Source of the DNA: Octopus bimaculoides
Taxonomy: Eukaryota
DNA length: 64,000 nucleotides
Assembly (NCBI RefSeq): GCF_001194135.2
Contig: NC_068983.1
Location: 33,744,843 to 33,808,842, forward strand
Direction of reading: 5' to 3'
Made by a program: the position numbers and the translations under genes. The first letter of the stretch is position 1, and each line of letters starts with the position of its first letter. This document shows, in pieces, positions 13,561 to 26,789 of this stretch. Below the pieces are notes generated by a model. It was not told the origin of the DNA and searched no databases. It saw nothing but the letters and a program-made list of their open reading frames with translations.

Positions 13561-13690
13561 ACTGTTTTCTCCATTTGTTTAACAATTAGAAGTGAGTGGG
13601 ACATAACGTTAACTAGCAAAGTAAGAGGGGTTGTCCTTTCCAGGCGTTAAGATTATTTTAGTATGTATCCAAAGATCAGTGTATGTTACG

Positions 13691-13764
13691 ATAAATATAT
13701 ATCTTGTACGACTTAAATAAATATATATCTTGTACGATTTAGATAATATATATATCTTGTACGA
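13691..13764. repeat. ~26-bp tandem repeat, 3 copies
   Basis: ataaatatatatcttgtacga occurs three times. Confidence 0.9.
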
Positions 13765-14029
13765 ATCTATTCTTACTTTTTATCAGCCCTTTCATGCTTA
13801 TTCGTTCCATCCACTCTTCGTTCTTTCGTTCCCCCTCTCACATTTCCCTGCCTTCTCTTCTTGCTCACTTTTCCTCCTCATTTCACTTCACTGTGTCTCC
13901 GTCATTTTTTCTCGCTCCTCCTTAATTCTTCTGTCCCTCTGCCTCTACCTCTCTCTTCTTTTCCCACGTGACCAGTGGTCGGCCAAGGCTGATCTTTCTT
14001 CGTTCGGCCGTCGTCTGTGCAACATCTAT

Positions 14030-14400
14030 ATTCTTCCTGTGCCTGTGAAATCTCGTATCCCTGCCGTAAGGCCTTATTTCTACACACACCAGCTTAGTTT
14101 TATTCGTCCGGAGTCGAAAGACACCTGCTGTTTTGTCCTGTCATTTGTATTTGTGTAACATTCTCCGTTTACTTTCCGTACTTGTTTTCGTATACATCCG
14201 TTGCTTTCTTCCAAGGAATCTAATGCGCTCAGCTTAGTTTTTCGTTGGCGCTGGCCAGATTGGAGCAATCTCGAGTATAACTAGCCGAACTTGCAAAAAT
14301 AATCTGGAACTCAACTGAGGATGACCCGTCCTTCTTTTCTTTGTATCACCTATATGTATGTTTTGTTGTCTCTTTTTTGTATGGCCTAACTGTTTGGATG
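14030..14400 (+). repeat. Unclassified dispersed repeat (second copy inverted at about 52440-52790)
   Basis: Shared blocks cctgtgaaatc.gtatccc, aaggccttatttc, gtcgaaagaca, gctttcttccaaggaa.ctaatg, ccagattggagcaat and tgcaaa.ataatc.gga. Confidence 0.85.
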
Positions 14401-14523
14401 TTTTGCATTCTGGTCCCATTTTGTATTTTATATATATATATATATATTTACGTACACTTTGGTTTGTCTCTCTCTCTATATATATTTATATAAATATATA
14501 CATGTGTATGCATATATAATATA

Positions 14524-14569
<46 letters not shown>

Positions 14570-15100
14570 GCGACTATGTGTGTATGTACCTGGGTGTAAG
14601 TTAGTGTCTGGATATGTATGAGTATACATACAAATATATTCACTATGATAGTGCTTGGCTACATTCCTATGAGAATATTGTTTAACTATACAATGTTTGA
14701 CTTTGAGAATAAATATTTATCAAAGACGATGCTGCCAGCACGATAGTACAACAATTTAGATATTGGTGCTCTAAAAGGATATTTTATATTGCTTGCTACG
14801 CTTATTTACACTACATACAGTGTTACAAGAGAACAAAGAGAAGATGTGTGGTGAGGATTTCCGAGCCGAAATTAATTCTGTATAATCACACAACGTAGAA
14901 AATAATTTGTGAGCTGTTTGTTATATAAGAATGGAGGTTCCTGTATAGATTCAAAGGATCGAGGCGATGTCTGTCATTAAGCAGTCAAAACTAAGACGAA
15001 ACAGTGTCTGAGAATCTGCAGACGTTGTATTGAGTTTGTGTCTTTACATATAATGTCTACTGCCAGAATGTTTTCTCTTAGAGAAAATTCTGCGGTCAAT

Positions 15101-15359
15101 GCACTTTCTCCTCGACTTATGACCTATGCGACTTACGACCATCCACACTTAATACCACAAAAAAAGAATAAATAAATAAAGAACGATTTTCGGACGTTGG
15201 GCAGCTGTGCTTACGACAACTATAGCAACATCTGGCAACGCGGGCTTTCCTGAGACCCTGGCATCCACTGTCGCTCACTTAGTGGCTTTCAAGCATCAGT
15301 TGCGTTTACGACCTGTCAGTTGGAACGGAGCTCAGTCATAAGTCGAGAAGAAGGGGTGC
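15101..15359. mobile_element. Tigger/pogo-like MITE
   Basis: Terminal inverted repeats ctcgacttatgac / gtcataagtcgag, subterminal cgacttacgacc and ggaacggagctcagtcataagtcgag, as typical of Tigger-type ends. Confidence 0.7.
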
Positions 15360-15772
15360 TATTTTCATCTTAGTCTGCAAGAACACATTACAAATAAGTG
15401 TATACATCATTATTTTGATATTCGTTGTTCAGTGTGCACACACGTTATTAATTCTAGCCCGGTCAATCCTTAATGCACACCAGCAATACATAAGCACATA
15501 TCTGTTAGCTGTTTTCTATATAAGAACAACAATTTTGTTTTAGCTCCAAAGAACAAAGGTAGTGACAGTAAGGAAGGAACTAACGGAATTAAGCCGCTGT
15601 ATTATGATTGATGAGTCGCTGACACTTCTTGGAAGTTGGTTTATGCTTATATACAGACGATAAGTAGAATCGTAATATTTTCAAATTGCTCCTTTATCTT
15701 GCTGCATCTTCTCACTCATTCTCTGTCGCTAAATACACAGTTGCCTACACGCACACACGTACACACACAGAA

Positions 15773-15852
<80 letters not shown>

Positions 15853-15917
15853 TTATAGTGTACGGTTCCATTAAGTTAACATCGTCAATGAAAGTACTCC
15901 TTCCAGTGAGAGATAAA

Positions 15918-16077
15918 TATCGTTTAATGTACATTGTATTAGAATAAAAACCTACCAAAATGTCTTGCCATTAAAACTCATGGTTTGGCACATTATGAAT
16001 AACCTATTAAAGCACGTGTCTTAATGGCAAGAAACTTTTAGTAGGTCTTATTCTAATACAGTTTACATTAAATGATA
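15918..16077. mobile_element. 160-bp foldback/MITE
   Basis: 60-bp arms at 15918-15977 and 16018-16077, roughly 85% complementary by eye, with a 40-bp loop. Confidence 0.8.
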
Positions 16078-16774
16078 CACACACACACACACAAATACAC
16101 ATACGCTATTATATATAGAGAGAGGGCAGGGCAGATAGATTGATAAATATATAGTCAGATAGATAGAAGTATATGCATGCATATATATTTGTTTGCGTGT
16201 TTGAGTGTGTGCGTGTTTGTGTGTATCTGTGTGTGTGTTTGTGTGAAGGAAATAAGTGAGAACTGAAAAGAGGAAAGCATTTTTCATAGAAGTGAGAAAG
16301 AGAGAGGAAACACGAGGAGAGCATAAAACAGTAGAAATTTATATTAAAGCAAGACTTTGCTATAGGCTATCCTTTTCAATTACAAGAACCTGGACCAATA
16401 TCATGTTATGCACTCTATTGTACATTCACTTGAGAGATTTCAATTTTGTACATTATAACTTCTATCTTATATAATCCCTGCTTTTCTACATTATTTTGCC
16501 CATATGCTCTGTTGTTAATCAATATTGTTTTATACTTCCATATGTCTGCTGTCACAAAATCAACATGTTCAAACCTCGAGTCAACGATGGAAAATACGTG
16601 GAATCTCAATTTGCTAGAAATATTATATCACTTTATTGAAAAATTTAGTTAAAGTAAATTTAGATGTCTTACTAAGAATAATGGAATCGTCACCATTTTG
16701 AGATTTGCTAGTGTCATTAGTAATTCGACAAAGATACCAAAAGATATTTTATCGGCTTTTTAAGATGTAGCTAC

Positions 16775-16900
16775 CAATTCCATTGACGTCAACTTAACTT
16801 TTCATTTCCCTAGTGTCGACAAAGACGTACCAGCCAAGTTCTGTTGGCATCGACTAGCCTTCGCCTCTCAAAATTGCTGGCCTTGTGCCTAAATTCAAAC
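16775..16900 (+). mobile_element. SINE family A, 3' part
   Basis: aaaattgctggccttgtgcctaaatt tail and gtcaactt..tttcat..gtcgacaaa core, homologous to 46058-46229 and 59540-59721. Confidence 0.7.
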
Positions 16901-17645
16901 CAGATATATTTCTGCTCCAACAGTATTGCCCAGGAAATAATGTGCAGTCACGGCAAATGAATGTAGATTTTTCTGTGGGGACGCAGTGGAAAGGCGCCGG
17001 TATAGGTTAGCGACATGCGAATTTATAAGTTCTAAACTGAAATAAATCCAGTACATGATTTTCGGAGTTGTTTTATACAATAATTATATTTGCACTACTT
17101 TCAACATACACTTGGCTGTAAGGAATGAATAGCTATGTTATCGTTTAAAAGAATTTTCCATTCACAGATTCATATTATGTTACAAGATCGCAAGATGATG
17201 TTAAACTCACATACTAATCGGCACGAAGAGCACATGCATAGTAAACCTTTGTGAATCGTGAAAGCAAAAGCATTTTGACAGAAGCGATTCTTATCTAATA
17301 TCTCCTTTTCTGATCCCTAAAGCCAAATACTATTGTTGACTTCTCAGATTCCCTAGAAGATATTCTCGAAATTTTTCAATTCTCTTTCCGTTTATATCTT
17401 TTCATCTCACATGCCTTTCATCAGATTTCCTTATCAAATCTCCGTATCAATACTATTTTAACACTTACATATGTAATTTCTTTCAATTCTCTCGGACTAT
17501 CGAATGCCTTTGCTACTGGGAATCACTACAAAAAGTGCACAAATTATATTATTTCAATCTGTTTGATCTCTCTTATTTGTGACCGTCTGGAAACACATAT
17601 ACACTCTCTCTCACACACTCATATATGTATGTAGTATACACACAC

Positions 17646-17684
<39 letters not shown>

Positions 17685-19699
17685 NNNNNNNNNNNNNNNN
17701 NNNNNNNNNNNNNNNNNNNNNNNNNNNNNNNNNNNNNNNNNNNNNNNNNNNNNNNNNNNNNNNATACATATGGCGGGGGGGGGGCACAAATATATTCCTA
17801 CCTCCTGCTCAAAAAGGCAAAGGAGCATTAAATACTATTATATTTGCATTCAAGATTTTTCTCAGTTACTTCCTTCAGACCGTATACTTTGATTCCAGTT
17901 ATTGCATCATATGAACTTCTTGTTACAATGCGAAAATAAAAAAAAGAAAGAGTAAATGTTTATCGTATATACTGATGACTTCACGTGTAAAACCGAAAGC
18001 TTCATGATTCTTTTATTTTCACATGTAAATCTGCCTTTCTTTAACCTGCTTTTTGACCTGCAACAGATTGTGACTTGTCCTGTTCACCATATATTTGAAT
18101 TAATTTGCAGCATGCTGTCTGCCTATAATTTCTTACCGTGATACGAGCAAATTTTTCTCTGTTAACTTCTATGATTATTCTCTCATATATTACACACCTT
18201 GATAATATGATGAAATGATTTGTCGGCATCGGGTCTTTACGTTTTCAATACCAGCCATAAAAATGTTTACTTTTTCCCTCAATTTTGGATTGATAAAAAA
18301 ATATTGTAATCCGGCTCTGAGGATTGGTAGAAATGCTGACTTTTTGATAATTTACTTTCGGAATCCATATGCGACAGTACTAGTAGAACTTCGTAAACGC
18401 CTGTGATGTTCCATCGGAAAAAAATAGAGGCAGCTTTAAAAGAGGCAAATGTGTAGCAAAGCTTTGTGAATCGTGGGTAGCTGCTGGTCTCGCGTATATG
18501 AAAGAAAGCTTTTCCGACAACAATATGCAATACGATCGACAAGAAAGTTACATCGGTGGGAAATTTCAATTCGAAACTTCTGTCATGTGCGCACGTAATT
18601 AACTTAATACAGTAAATATAGTAAGGAAACGGAAAATGAGTTATTAAATTGATGACAGCACAGTTACGGATGGGAACACCTCTTGCAGTAAGAAAGATAA
18701 TGTTCATTAAGAACGGTTTCGATGTATGCTGACACTCGAATCTACATATACGCCTTTTTCTAGCAACTGAGTAAGCCGTCAGTGCAAACTAAGTTCCCGT
18801 CCGAACGAATTTTATATATGTGACTCTTGTCTCAATATTCAGTTGCCTCATCAGTGACTGTTCTATTGCTATTATTTTGAATAAGCGAAACAATCTTATG
18901 TACATATAAAATACATGTATATAAATGTTAGCGTGTGTTTGTGTGTGTAATATAGATATACAAATAGACGAATAAAGAGAGAGAAATAGATCTAAATGTA
19001 ACTCCGTGTGAATATGTCATCTTTAAAAACGATATCATTTATTCATCGATATTTTATATTATTCATCTATATTTTATATATCACAACGGCATGATGAGTG
19101 TTGCAGTAAACAGGTTTTTAATTAAAGTTCTGTCCACGTTTAACCTAAACTTTATGGAAGTATAAGTTTCAATGATGCGTTATTCTCACACGAGAAAACG
19201 GTTTGTTATTATTTTTTTGTTTTCTTTACAAATATACATTTGTTATCTGGTAGACCGAATGACTTCAGCAATAGTTTATGTGCGATCCTTATTTATTTCT
19301 CTTTCTTCCCAGTTGAATTAGTTTGATATCAAACAGTTTTGTTTCTTTCTTTCCCAGTACCTCTTGTTTGCGTCATAGTGGTAATAGCTTTCTCAGATGT
19401 TCTGTTTCTAACACTTTGTTCTTGGTTTTTCTTTTTGTCTTGTTATGTAAGTTATTATCTTGAAATTACTAAAATCGCCAAGCGGAATCATTAATGTAAG
19501 TAACGAATACGTCAGATATTGCAAACATAGAGATTCATGCAGCCATCTTAGCTATGGTGGATATTGCTTTCTTCTATTGTAATTTCTTATGCATAACATT
19601 TGTTTTTCTTTGGGATGGGCATCAAAACCGAATGTGCATTCAGCTGTTCCGTAAATTGATCTCATTATGGAGTTTATTATTTTCATTCTTGTTATTCTG

Positions 19700-19812
19700 C
19701 ATCATTGTCGTCATCATCATCATCATCATCATCATCACCATCATCATCGTCATTATCGTCATCATCGTTGTCGTCGTCGTAGTCGTCGTCAACATCATCA
19801 TCATCATTAGCA

Positions 19813-19843
<31 letters not shown>

Positions 19844-20004
19844 CTTCTTCTTCTTCTTCTTCTTCTTCTTCTTCTTCTTCTTCTTCTTCTTCTTCTTCTT
19901 TTTACTATATCATTAACATGATNNNNNNNNNNCTTCTTTTTACTATATCATTAACATGATATCATACTATGAACATATTCTTCATCAAATAACATTATTA
20001 TTGA

Positions 20005-20054
<50 letters not shown>

Positions 20055-20230
20055 ATGCCGCCACTACCACCACCATCGTCATGACGACGATGATCACTAC
20101 CCCATCACCACCACCACCACCACCGCTACGACCATCACCACCACTACTGCCACTGCTGCTGGTGCTGCTGCTGTTGCTTCTCTACTATTACGACTGGTCC
20201 TACTGATACTGCTGCTATTATGGTTGGTGC
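19700..20230. repeat. Mosaic trinucleotide array (CAT, CGT, CTT, CTA, CAC, CTG)
   Basis: Successive triplet tracts lying at the 3' end of the R4/Dong-like copy at 20243. Confidence 0.95.
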
Positions 20231-20242
20231 TATTTTATGTGC

Positions 20243-21100
20243 AGTTTTATAACTGTGATTTCACTGCACTACCAAGCGTAGCACTGCTTGTCTTGGGTTT
20301 TCGTGCCGAGCTACTCCCTGGTTTCTATATTTTCTACTGTATTTCAAGTCCCCTGCTTCATATGTTTACATGACTCGTCGTGTTATTGCAGGTGTACTGT
20401 TCATTTTTGTATGTTTTCCATATCGGTATGTCCTGAGGTTTTGGTTATATATTTGTCTGCATATTTTTCACCATCCACAAAATTTCTTTTCTTACGCCGA
20501 CCATTTTTGTGTACAATCTCCATATAGTTCTGTTTGAATAATTTGTGAAAGTTTCTTAAATGTATCGTCTCTTCGGAATAATATATTGGTTAGAAAGCAC
20601 GCCCTTTTCTGTTTGTCTTAAACTACAATATCTGACTGTTTGCCTTGGTCTCCCTGTACTAGAGAATGGCCGTTTCAACATTCCTTATTTTCGAGTACAT
20701 TTAAAACACCATCTTATTTTAGGCATTACGCAATGCTGCCTTAACTTCCCCTGTTTTCACACTACCAGTCTACCATTTTGTGGATGAATTCTCTTTTGGC
20801 TAAAACTTAAGAGCCAGAAACAATTTTTGTTAGTTCTTGTTTCACTTTAGCTTTTGTTAGTTTCATGTGGGAAGGCTTTAATGTTCTGCTGCACACTCGA
20901 ATCATTCAGCTCCCCAGGAAATGTTCAACATGTTTCTCTCTAATTCCAATATGTTAACGGTTTCCATTTTTCTCTATGTGGAAGTCCTACTTGCCACCGT
21001 TTTAGAATAGCATCCTTTTGTTTTAGTTAGCAGAGTTTCTAGTATTGTTTTTCTCTCGTTATAAACTCTTGTCTCTTGGACATCTGTTTTCTAAGTGCTG
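20243..21100 (-). mobile_element. Decayed R4/Dong-like LINE (REL endonuclease end and 3' UTR)
   Basis: Broken frames give IVV*DKQKRACFL and KYITKTSGHTDMENIQK. The 3' UTR tacgcttggtagtgcagtgaaatcac matches the copy at 38366-38528. Confidence 0.75.
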
Positions 21101-21986
21101 GCTTCCTTGAAGAAAAATTGATAGTTTTTATTTTCTGATTTGTATTATTTTATAGAAGGATTCCACTTTTATTTTTAAGATATTTTCTTACTTTTGCAAT
21201 TCATATTTTCCAGTTGCAGTTATAAAAAATATGATCTTTCTTCATTATATTGTGGGTGATATCTTAATTGTTTTCATGTATAGCATTGATACTTACATTA
21301 GTGTCCAATATATGTTGTCATTTCATAGAGTATGGACGCTCTGTCATTTACTATGACTTTTGCTTTTGATTGTTAGTTTTCATTTAAGAGTATTATAACT
21401 AAAATTTATTTCTGACACGGTTACATTATTGATGTTATTTTTCTCAAATTATTTTACATTTGCTATTGCTCTGACTATTAATTTGACGCGTCTATAATAT
21501 TATTCATTCCTAAACTTTTCTGCTTTCATAAGTTTGCTTGTACTCCTCGTAATTTATTTGTATATCTCTGTTTGGCCTCTAATCTGTATGTGTTTCTAGT
21601 GTTTCATTATTATTATTCATTAATTTTTCTTTCTTTTGTAGTTTTAGGTGGTTCATTTTTCTATCATAAAATTTTACAAGTTCCTCTGATAAATCCCTGC
21701 ACAGTCTCTGGTGGTGTTTCTACTGGTTTATCACCTACAGTGTCACAGTATTAGACGTCCATATATAAATAATAAGTGACCATTCTCTAATAATAATTGC
21801 ATCTGAACTTACTCTACTTCAGCGTGTTTCCGTTGGGAGGGTCATCCACAAATTCACCCTTTTCCTTGTACCTGCGGAGTTTTGTTAACATTCACTTATA
21901 GTGCAACGAAAACATGGTATTCAACCCATGGCAAATTCATACATACTTGGTTCTTGGTGCCATTATATTTGTTTGAATAATTTCAG

Positions 21987-22029
<43 letters not shown>

Positions 22030-22691
22030 TCTTTTTACGCATTAATTCATAGGCGTATATCTTAATACGTTATATAATCTCATTTCATCTAGGTCATCCT
22101 AGATGAGATGAGATAAATTATGATTTATATCGATTATCATATTGCAGTGTGTACACCCTCATCACGAGTCTTGTAACCCCTAATATCAAAATCTTTATAA
22201 CTCATAGACATCACCAATCAACTGCGGTTAACTATATTGGTGCAACTATACCAACACATTCCGAGTAAATCAGTCATAAAATGCCAAGGCGATGATGTTA
22301 TTAAGATTATATTGCTTCTACCAATCCAAGCTTTGGCGTACAGCAAATTATACAGGTATGAATAAAGGAAATAAACGTTGGCATGTAAAATTTGTAAAAG
22401 AAATATGCAATTAAATTGTCTAATTATTTCTGGTAATTAAGTTATTATTTAAATGCCAGATTGAAGTTATACGTACCACTTTTTTTCAAACAAAAGTGAA
22501 GTAATCGTTTATGAAATTATACTAAAAATGCTATTTTGATTTTAAAAATGTAATTATTAACAAGTGAATGTTGATAATAGCTACAATAAATTACATTCAT
22601 TGAAAACAAGCTGTACTGAGTGTTTGAATTATCATGTTGACCTAGAATGGAGTGTTGCAAAACCAAAACAGACACTTTGTATTTCTACATG

Positions 22692-22725
<34 letters not shown>

Positions 22726-22845
22726 CTTTTCTGGTTCAGTAAAAAAGCATTATTGTTTGTTTCTAAGAGTCGTGTTTGTGTAAGTATACAACTGTCCTCA
22801 AATACCTTACGCATCCTGTATATAAAATATAAATGACTAACAAAG

Positions 22846-23518
22846 ATGTGTAAGTGTCAATTCCTTACGGCTGTTTCGAGCGACTTCTTTAATTGATCAA
22901 TGAAAGCATTACATCATTACAAAAAAACCGTGATGACCGCATAGACCTCAAGCATAAAGGACAGTTTAGATATTTAAACATATTCATATCATCAATAAAG
23001 AACAAATATTTACGATGATTCTGCTGCTAAATTGTTTGGCAGAATGAAAAATGGACAATACAGCAACAGACAAGCCAGAAATTAGCATAGGCTAGCGTTG
23101 GCGTGGGAAGGAAATGGAACTTTACATCCAAAGTTCCATTTTATGAGATAGTAGAAAGGCCTGTCATGATACTAATTAATTTATAAGTCCTTAAAGATTT
23201 AATTTTAGATGTTATGAAGATTACATCCTCTCTAGTGTCTTCAATGTGTAGATGACGGGGTCACTACTCCCATTCATCCACCCGACTACTTGTCTGTTAC
23301 TGTACTGTCCTCTTTCATTCTGCCAAAAAATTTAGCAGCAGAATCATTGTAAATATTTGGTCTGTATTTATGATATAAATGTTTAAATATCTAACTTGCC
23401 CTTTATGCTTGAGGTCTACGCGGTCATCTGATGAGAACGGATTTCTTTGTAATGATGCCTTCATTGACCAATTGAGGGAGCCGCTCGAAACGGCCGTAAA
23501 GAATTGACACTTACACAT
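22846..23518. mobile_element. ~670-bp foldback, possible inverted PLE-type termini
   Basis: Arms at 22846-23049 and 23313-23518 are roughly 80% complementary by eye. Both carry gctcgaaac(g/a)gccgtaa near the outer ends. Confidence 0.8.
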
Positions 23519-24699
23519 ATTTATTACACATTAATATTTAACTCACCTACCCTGGAGTCTGCATTTTGGAAATATTTGAAAAGTATATTTATATAGAGTA
23601 TATGGCTGAAGAAACAAGAGAGGATATATTCGCTAAGTTTGATCGTTCCGTCTGCATGAATGTTGGGTGGGAAATTTCTGTCTAGATTTTGATACTCACC
23701 TAATATTGATTGAGTGTGCAAATAAGTTCGTCCTAAAAAGGTGCCTCAATTTAAGTACCTAATTCAACTGAATGTAAATTACATTTTAAATATATATATA
23801 TGTATATGTGTATACACACACATATATATATACACACTCACATATATATACGTATGTATATATATATATATATGTATATATATTGTATATATATTGCATT
23901 TATATATGTATATATATGTATATATAGTGTATATTCTATGTATATATATATATATATACACATATATAGATATAGATATAGATATATATTGTTTGAATCT
24001 TGTCTGGTACATAAGACAAAATTATCTGTTTACTAAACATAATTAGGGAAATGCAATGCCAGTGTTTAAGAACATACAGCAGTTTTATGATGTATTGAAG
24101 CACTGAAATTTCTTAACAGCAGTAAGCAAATTAGCTTACCCCTGTGAAAACGAAATACTATTTTCCTATATAGCTACGAGCCAGTTTTGTCTCAGCTTCA
24201 AACCGTCGTACTAAAGAAGACTCCGAATAGATTAATCAATCCGAATATGCTAGTGAAATTCGATAGCAGTTCTTTGTCCCTGAATTCAGTTTGAACCCCC
24301 ATAGGTTTTATTCAACAAAATGATTATTTTAAAATAACTTTCTGTGCGATGTATATTTATTTTTAGGCTGTGTGCTAGTAACGCACACACATAGCTATAT
24401 ACCAGAGCATAGTTGCATCTGTGTGTGTGTATGTGTGCGCGTGGACGTATGTGTGTGAGTGCCACTGCTTTTCTCTTTAGACTTCTCTTTACTTTTTTCA
24501 TCTTGGAGCTGAGAGAAGAGTAGAGCTACTACGTAAAATGTTATATAGTTTCTTGTGGAGGTTGTTGAGTAAGCTAAGTTTTTAAACTAGTGTGAAGAAA
24601 TTCCTACATATCGGATACTGATGCCCAGTCGGCATAGAAAAACAGTTTTGGCTGTGGTAATGTTAGGAAAAGTGGGGGAAGGTAAACGAGCTTCTTGTT

Positions 24700-24770
24700 G
24701 GCTATTGAGGGAGAGTGACGGGAGAGATGGAGAGACGGAAGATGACGTGGACAGAGAGGGAGAGGAGAGG

Positions 24771-24830
<60 letters not shown>

Positions 24831-24860
24831 GAGAGAAAGAGAAAGAGAGAGAGAGACAGG
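24700..24860. repeat. (GA)n purine-rich tract
   Basis: Direct inspection. Confidence 0.95.
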
Positions 24861-24959
24861 GGGGAACTAAGTTGTAAACAAGGAGCTGATCTGTGACATA
24901 GCCGATACTACCGACAACTGGACGCCGTGACAGTTCAAGATCGTATCACCCACCGAAAG

Positions 24960-25302
24960 CTAGGGATTGATGACGTCACAACCTTTTTGTAAAGTTACGT
25001 TTACCGCATGTGAATGAACAGAAAATATCTTCTTTCGGATACAATTATTCTCCCAGCGATATATTTTTCTGTATACAGTTATTTTTAATACATCATGAAT
25101 AGTTTTTCCTGCAGTATATACATTATTCACATATATCGGCTGCCCTATTAAATCGACATTGCTGCATGGAAGACGGAGCTGATAGTTCGCATCTTCTAGC
25201 CAGTATTCGTTTCTGTCTATAGACATTTCTTTTGTATTACGTTCTACCACTAGGTTTTCTGAAAGGGGCTGTTTGCTACTCGAAGCGACCACACGACTGT
25301 AT
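24960..25302 (-). CDS. Putative terminal exon (F) of an unknown gene
   Basis: Branch-like ctaac and acceptor ctttcattacag|. The only open frame is phase 2: (R)YSRVVASSSKQPLSENLVVERNTKEMSIDRNEYWLEDANYQLRLPCSNVDL...DVINP*. AATAAA occurs on the minus strand near 24306 and 24356. Confidence 0.4.
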
Positions 25303-25570
25303 CTGTAATGAAAGTGTTTTGTTAGCTAATCATACTGAGGTCTTCTATGTCAGTAAGTAACAGGAAAACCGTTCAGAAATTACTCATGTTCTGTTATATT
25401 TGATGTTTTTAATTTCTGATATAGTCACAAGGCTATATATTTCAGAGGACAGAGAAATGAGTCATTGTGGCGTCATAGCTTCCTGGAGGCCATTAACGGC
25501 ATCAATGATATGAATTGACTTTAATCAATACTGGAAATATCGTCGATGTTTTTAAACGCCGGTGGCTTAC

Positions 25571-25683
25571 CTCCCATTCAGCAGCTCTACATGGCAAATA
25601 CGTAACAGAGTGTAGATAATTATAACAGCGGTAAAATAGTGAAATACACTAAGCCGGGTTTGATTATTTCCTTTTGGTGTTAT
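25571..25683 (-). CDS. Putative exon E (113 nt)
   Basis: catatttcag| ... GGGAG|gtaagc. The only open frame is ITPKGNNQTRLSVFHYFTAVIIIYTLLRICHVELLNG, which includes a hydrophobic stretch and is phase-compatible with exon F. Confidence 0.45.
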
Positions 25684-26015
25684 CTGAAATATGAATCCTG
25701 CTCGTGTCATTCATTCGATCCAAAACTAAGCAACACCGCTTACTTTGATGAACAACAGATTCGATATTTTTTGTTTATCTATGTTTTTCTTCGTATTTTA
25801 TTACTTCATTTCCCTTCACAGTGTATTTTAAACCGAAACGCCAAGTCAACTAAACATGTTTCATTGTTTTCTCATTTGAACTAGAAATGTGATTATCAAA
25901 ATATAATTACTGTTTGCTGTATATGATTGATTCTTCAAAACGTTCCACAGCAGACCTCTACAGCAGATTTTCTTATTTGTTGTTCTAAATGGACGAATTA
26001 AATGCAGTAACTTAC

Positions 26016-26071
26016 CCCTGCATCTCCCCTCACAGTAGCCTTTGTTAAACAGGAAAAAGTCCGATTATGCT
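26016..26071 (-). CDS. Putative exon D (56 nt)
   Basis: Strong donor GGG|gtaagt and moderate acceptor tattaag|. Reads (E)HNRTFSCLTKATVRGDAG. A stronger upstream acceptor at 26125 gives stops in all frames. Confidence 0.3.
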
Positions 26072-26544
26072 CTTAATATTTAAAAGATGCCAGTGCATCA
26101 AACGTCCAAAGACATCTTTTCAAATCTAACATGAAAGGAATAAAGAAATGATAAATTATGGGATTATGATTTTTAGGACATGCGACCTCATATTTAGAGA
26201 GGAATCTTTTTCTCTTTTTAACATTTCCATTTCTTTTAGATCGCTTTATTCTCAGTTTTTTTATGAGATATCTTTCCCTGGTTTTGCACATAGAACCAGA
26301 CAGCACTCGAACAAAGGAGTTTTCATTATATACGCCTAGTCATACTCCTATCCTCTAGATTACTGATGTATTTGTACACACATACTATGTACAATACATA
26401 GAGACTTGGTAACATACAATATGCTTTCTTTCATTGTTTTAGTTGCCTTTATTTGCGAGAAGACACACACATCCTTTCGGGTTATTCACTTTTGAACAGG
26501 TGGAATATCAAAAATCTGATAATTAGAGAGAAAGAAGATATCAT

Positions 26545-26620
26545 TACTGTTAATTAAACTGGAGGAACGTGAAATGAAGTGTCCTGCTGAAAGATAACGC
26601 GCCGCCCGGTCCAGCATTCA
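26545..26620 (-). mobile_element. SINE family B fragment
   Basis: actggaggaacgtgaaatgaagtgtcctgct..gcgccgcccggtccag resembles 35118-35150 and the reverse complement of 36340-36390. Confidence 0.65.
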
Positions 26621-26772
26621 TGTCCTTGACCATGCTTTCGTTCTGTGATGAAGATCAGATATCAAACCTACCGAAAAACATTATAATTCGAAATATGAAA
26701 ATGAAACACAAATTTTTGTTAACCATTAATTTTAGATAGTTAATCCATCAAGTATCTTAAGCATCTACGAGG

Positions 26773-26789
26773 CTGTTGCTAAGCAACAG
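26773..26789. promoter_or_regulatory. RFX X-box-like palindrome
   Basis: ctgttgct-a-agcaacag has perfect 8-bp arms, and its core GTTGCTAAGCAAC resembles the RFX consensus. Function is untested. Confidence 0.3.

Noticed and set aside
18279-18707. 142-aa minus-strand ORF, with a ~70-codon open frame on the plus strand
   Set aside because: No recognisable motif, AT-rich random-like composition and no convincing splice pair.
19895-19960. Exact 28-bp duplication cttctttttactatatcattaacatgat on both sides of a 10-N gap
   Set aside because: Typical unmerged contig overlap, so an assembly artefact.
22209-22352. Plus-strand exon-like segment of about 145 nt with one open frame
   Set aside because: No compatible neighbouring exon or homology. 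Noted as an example of the chance rate of such segments.
24135-24225. tttcacag-GG-gtaagc near-recursive site or exon
   Set aside because: Two bases separate AG and GT, and the upstream candidate exon has stops in all frames.
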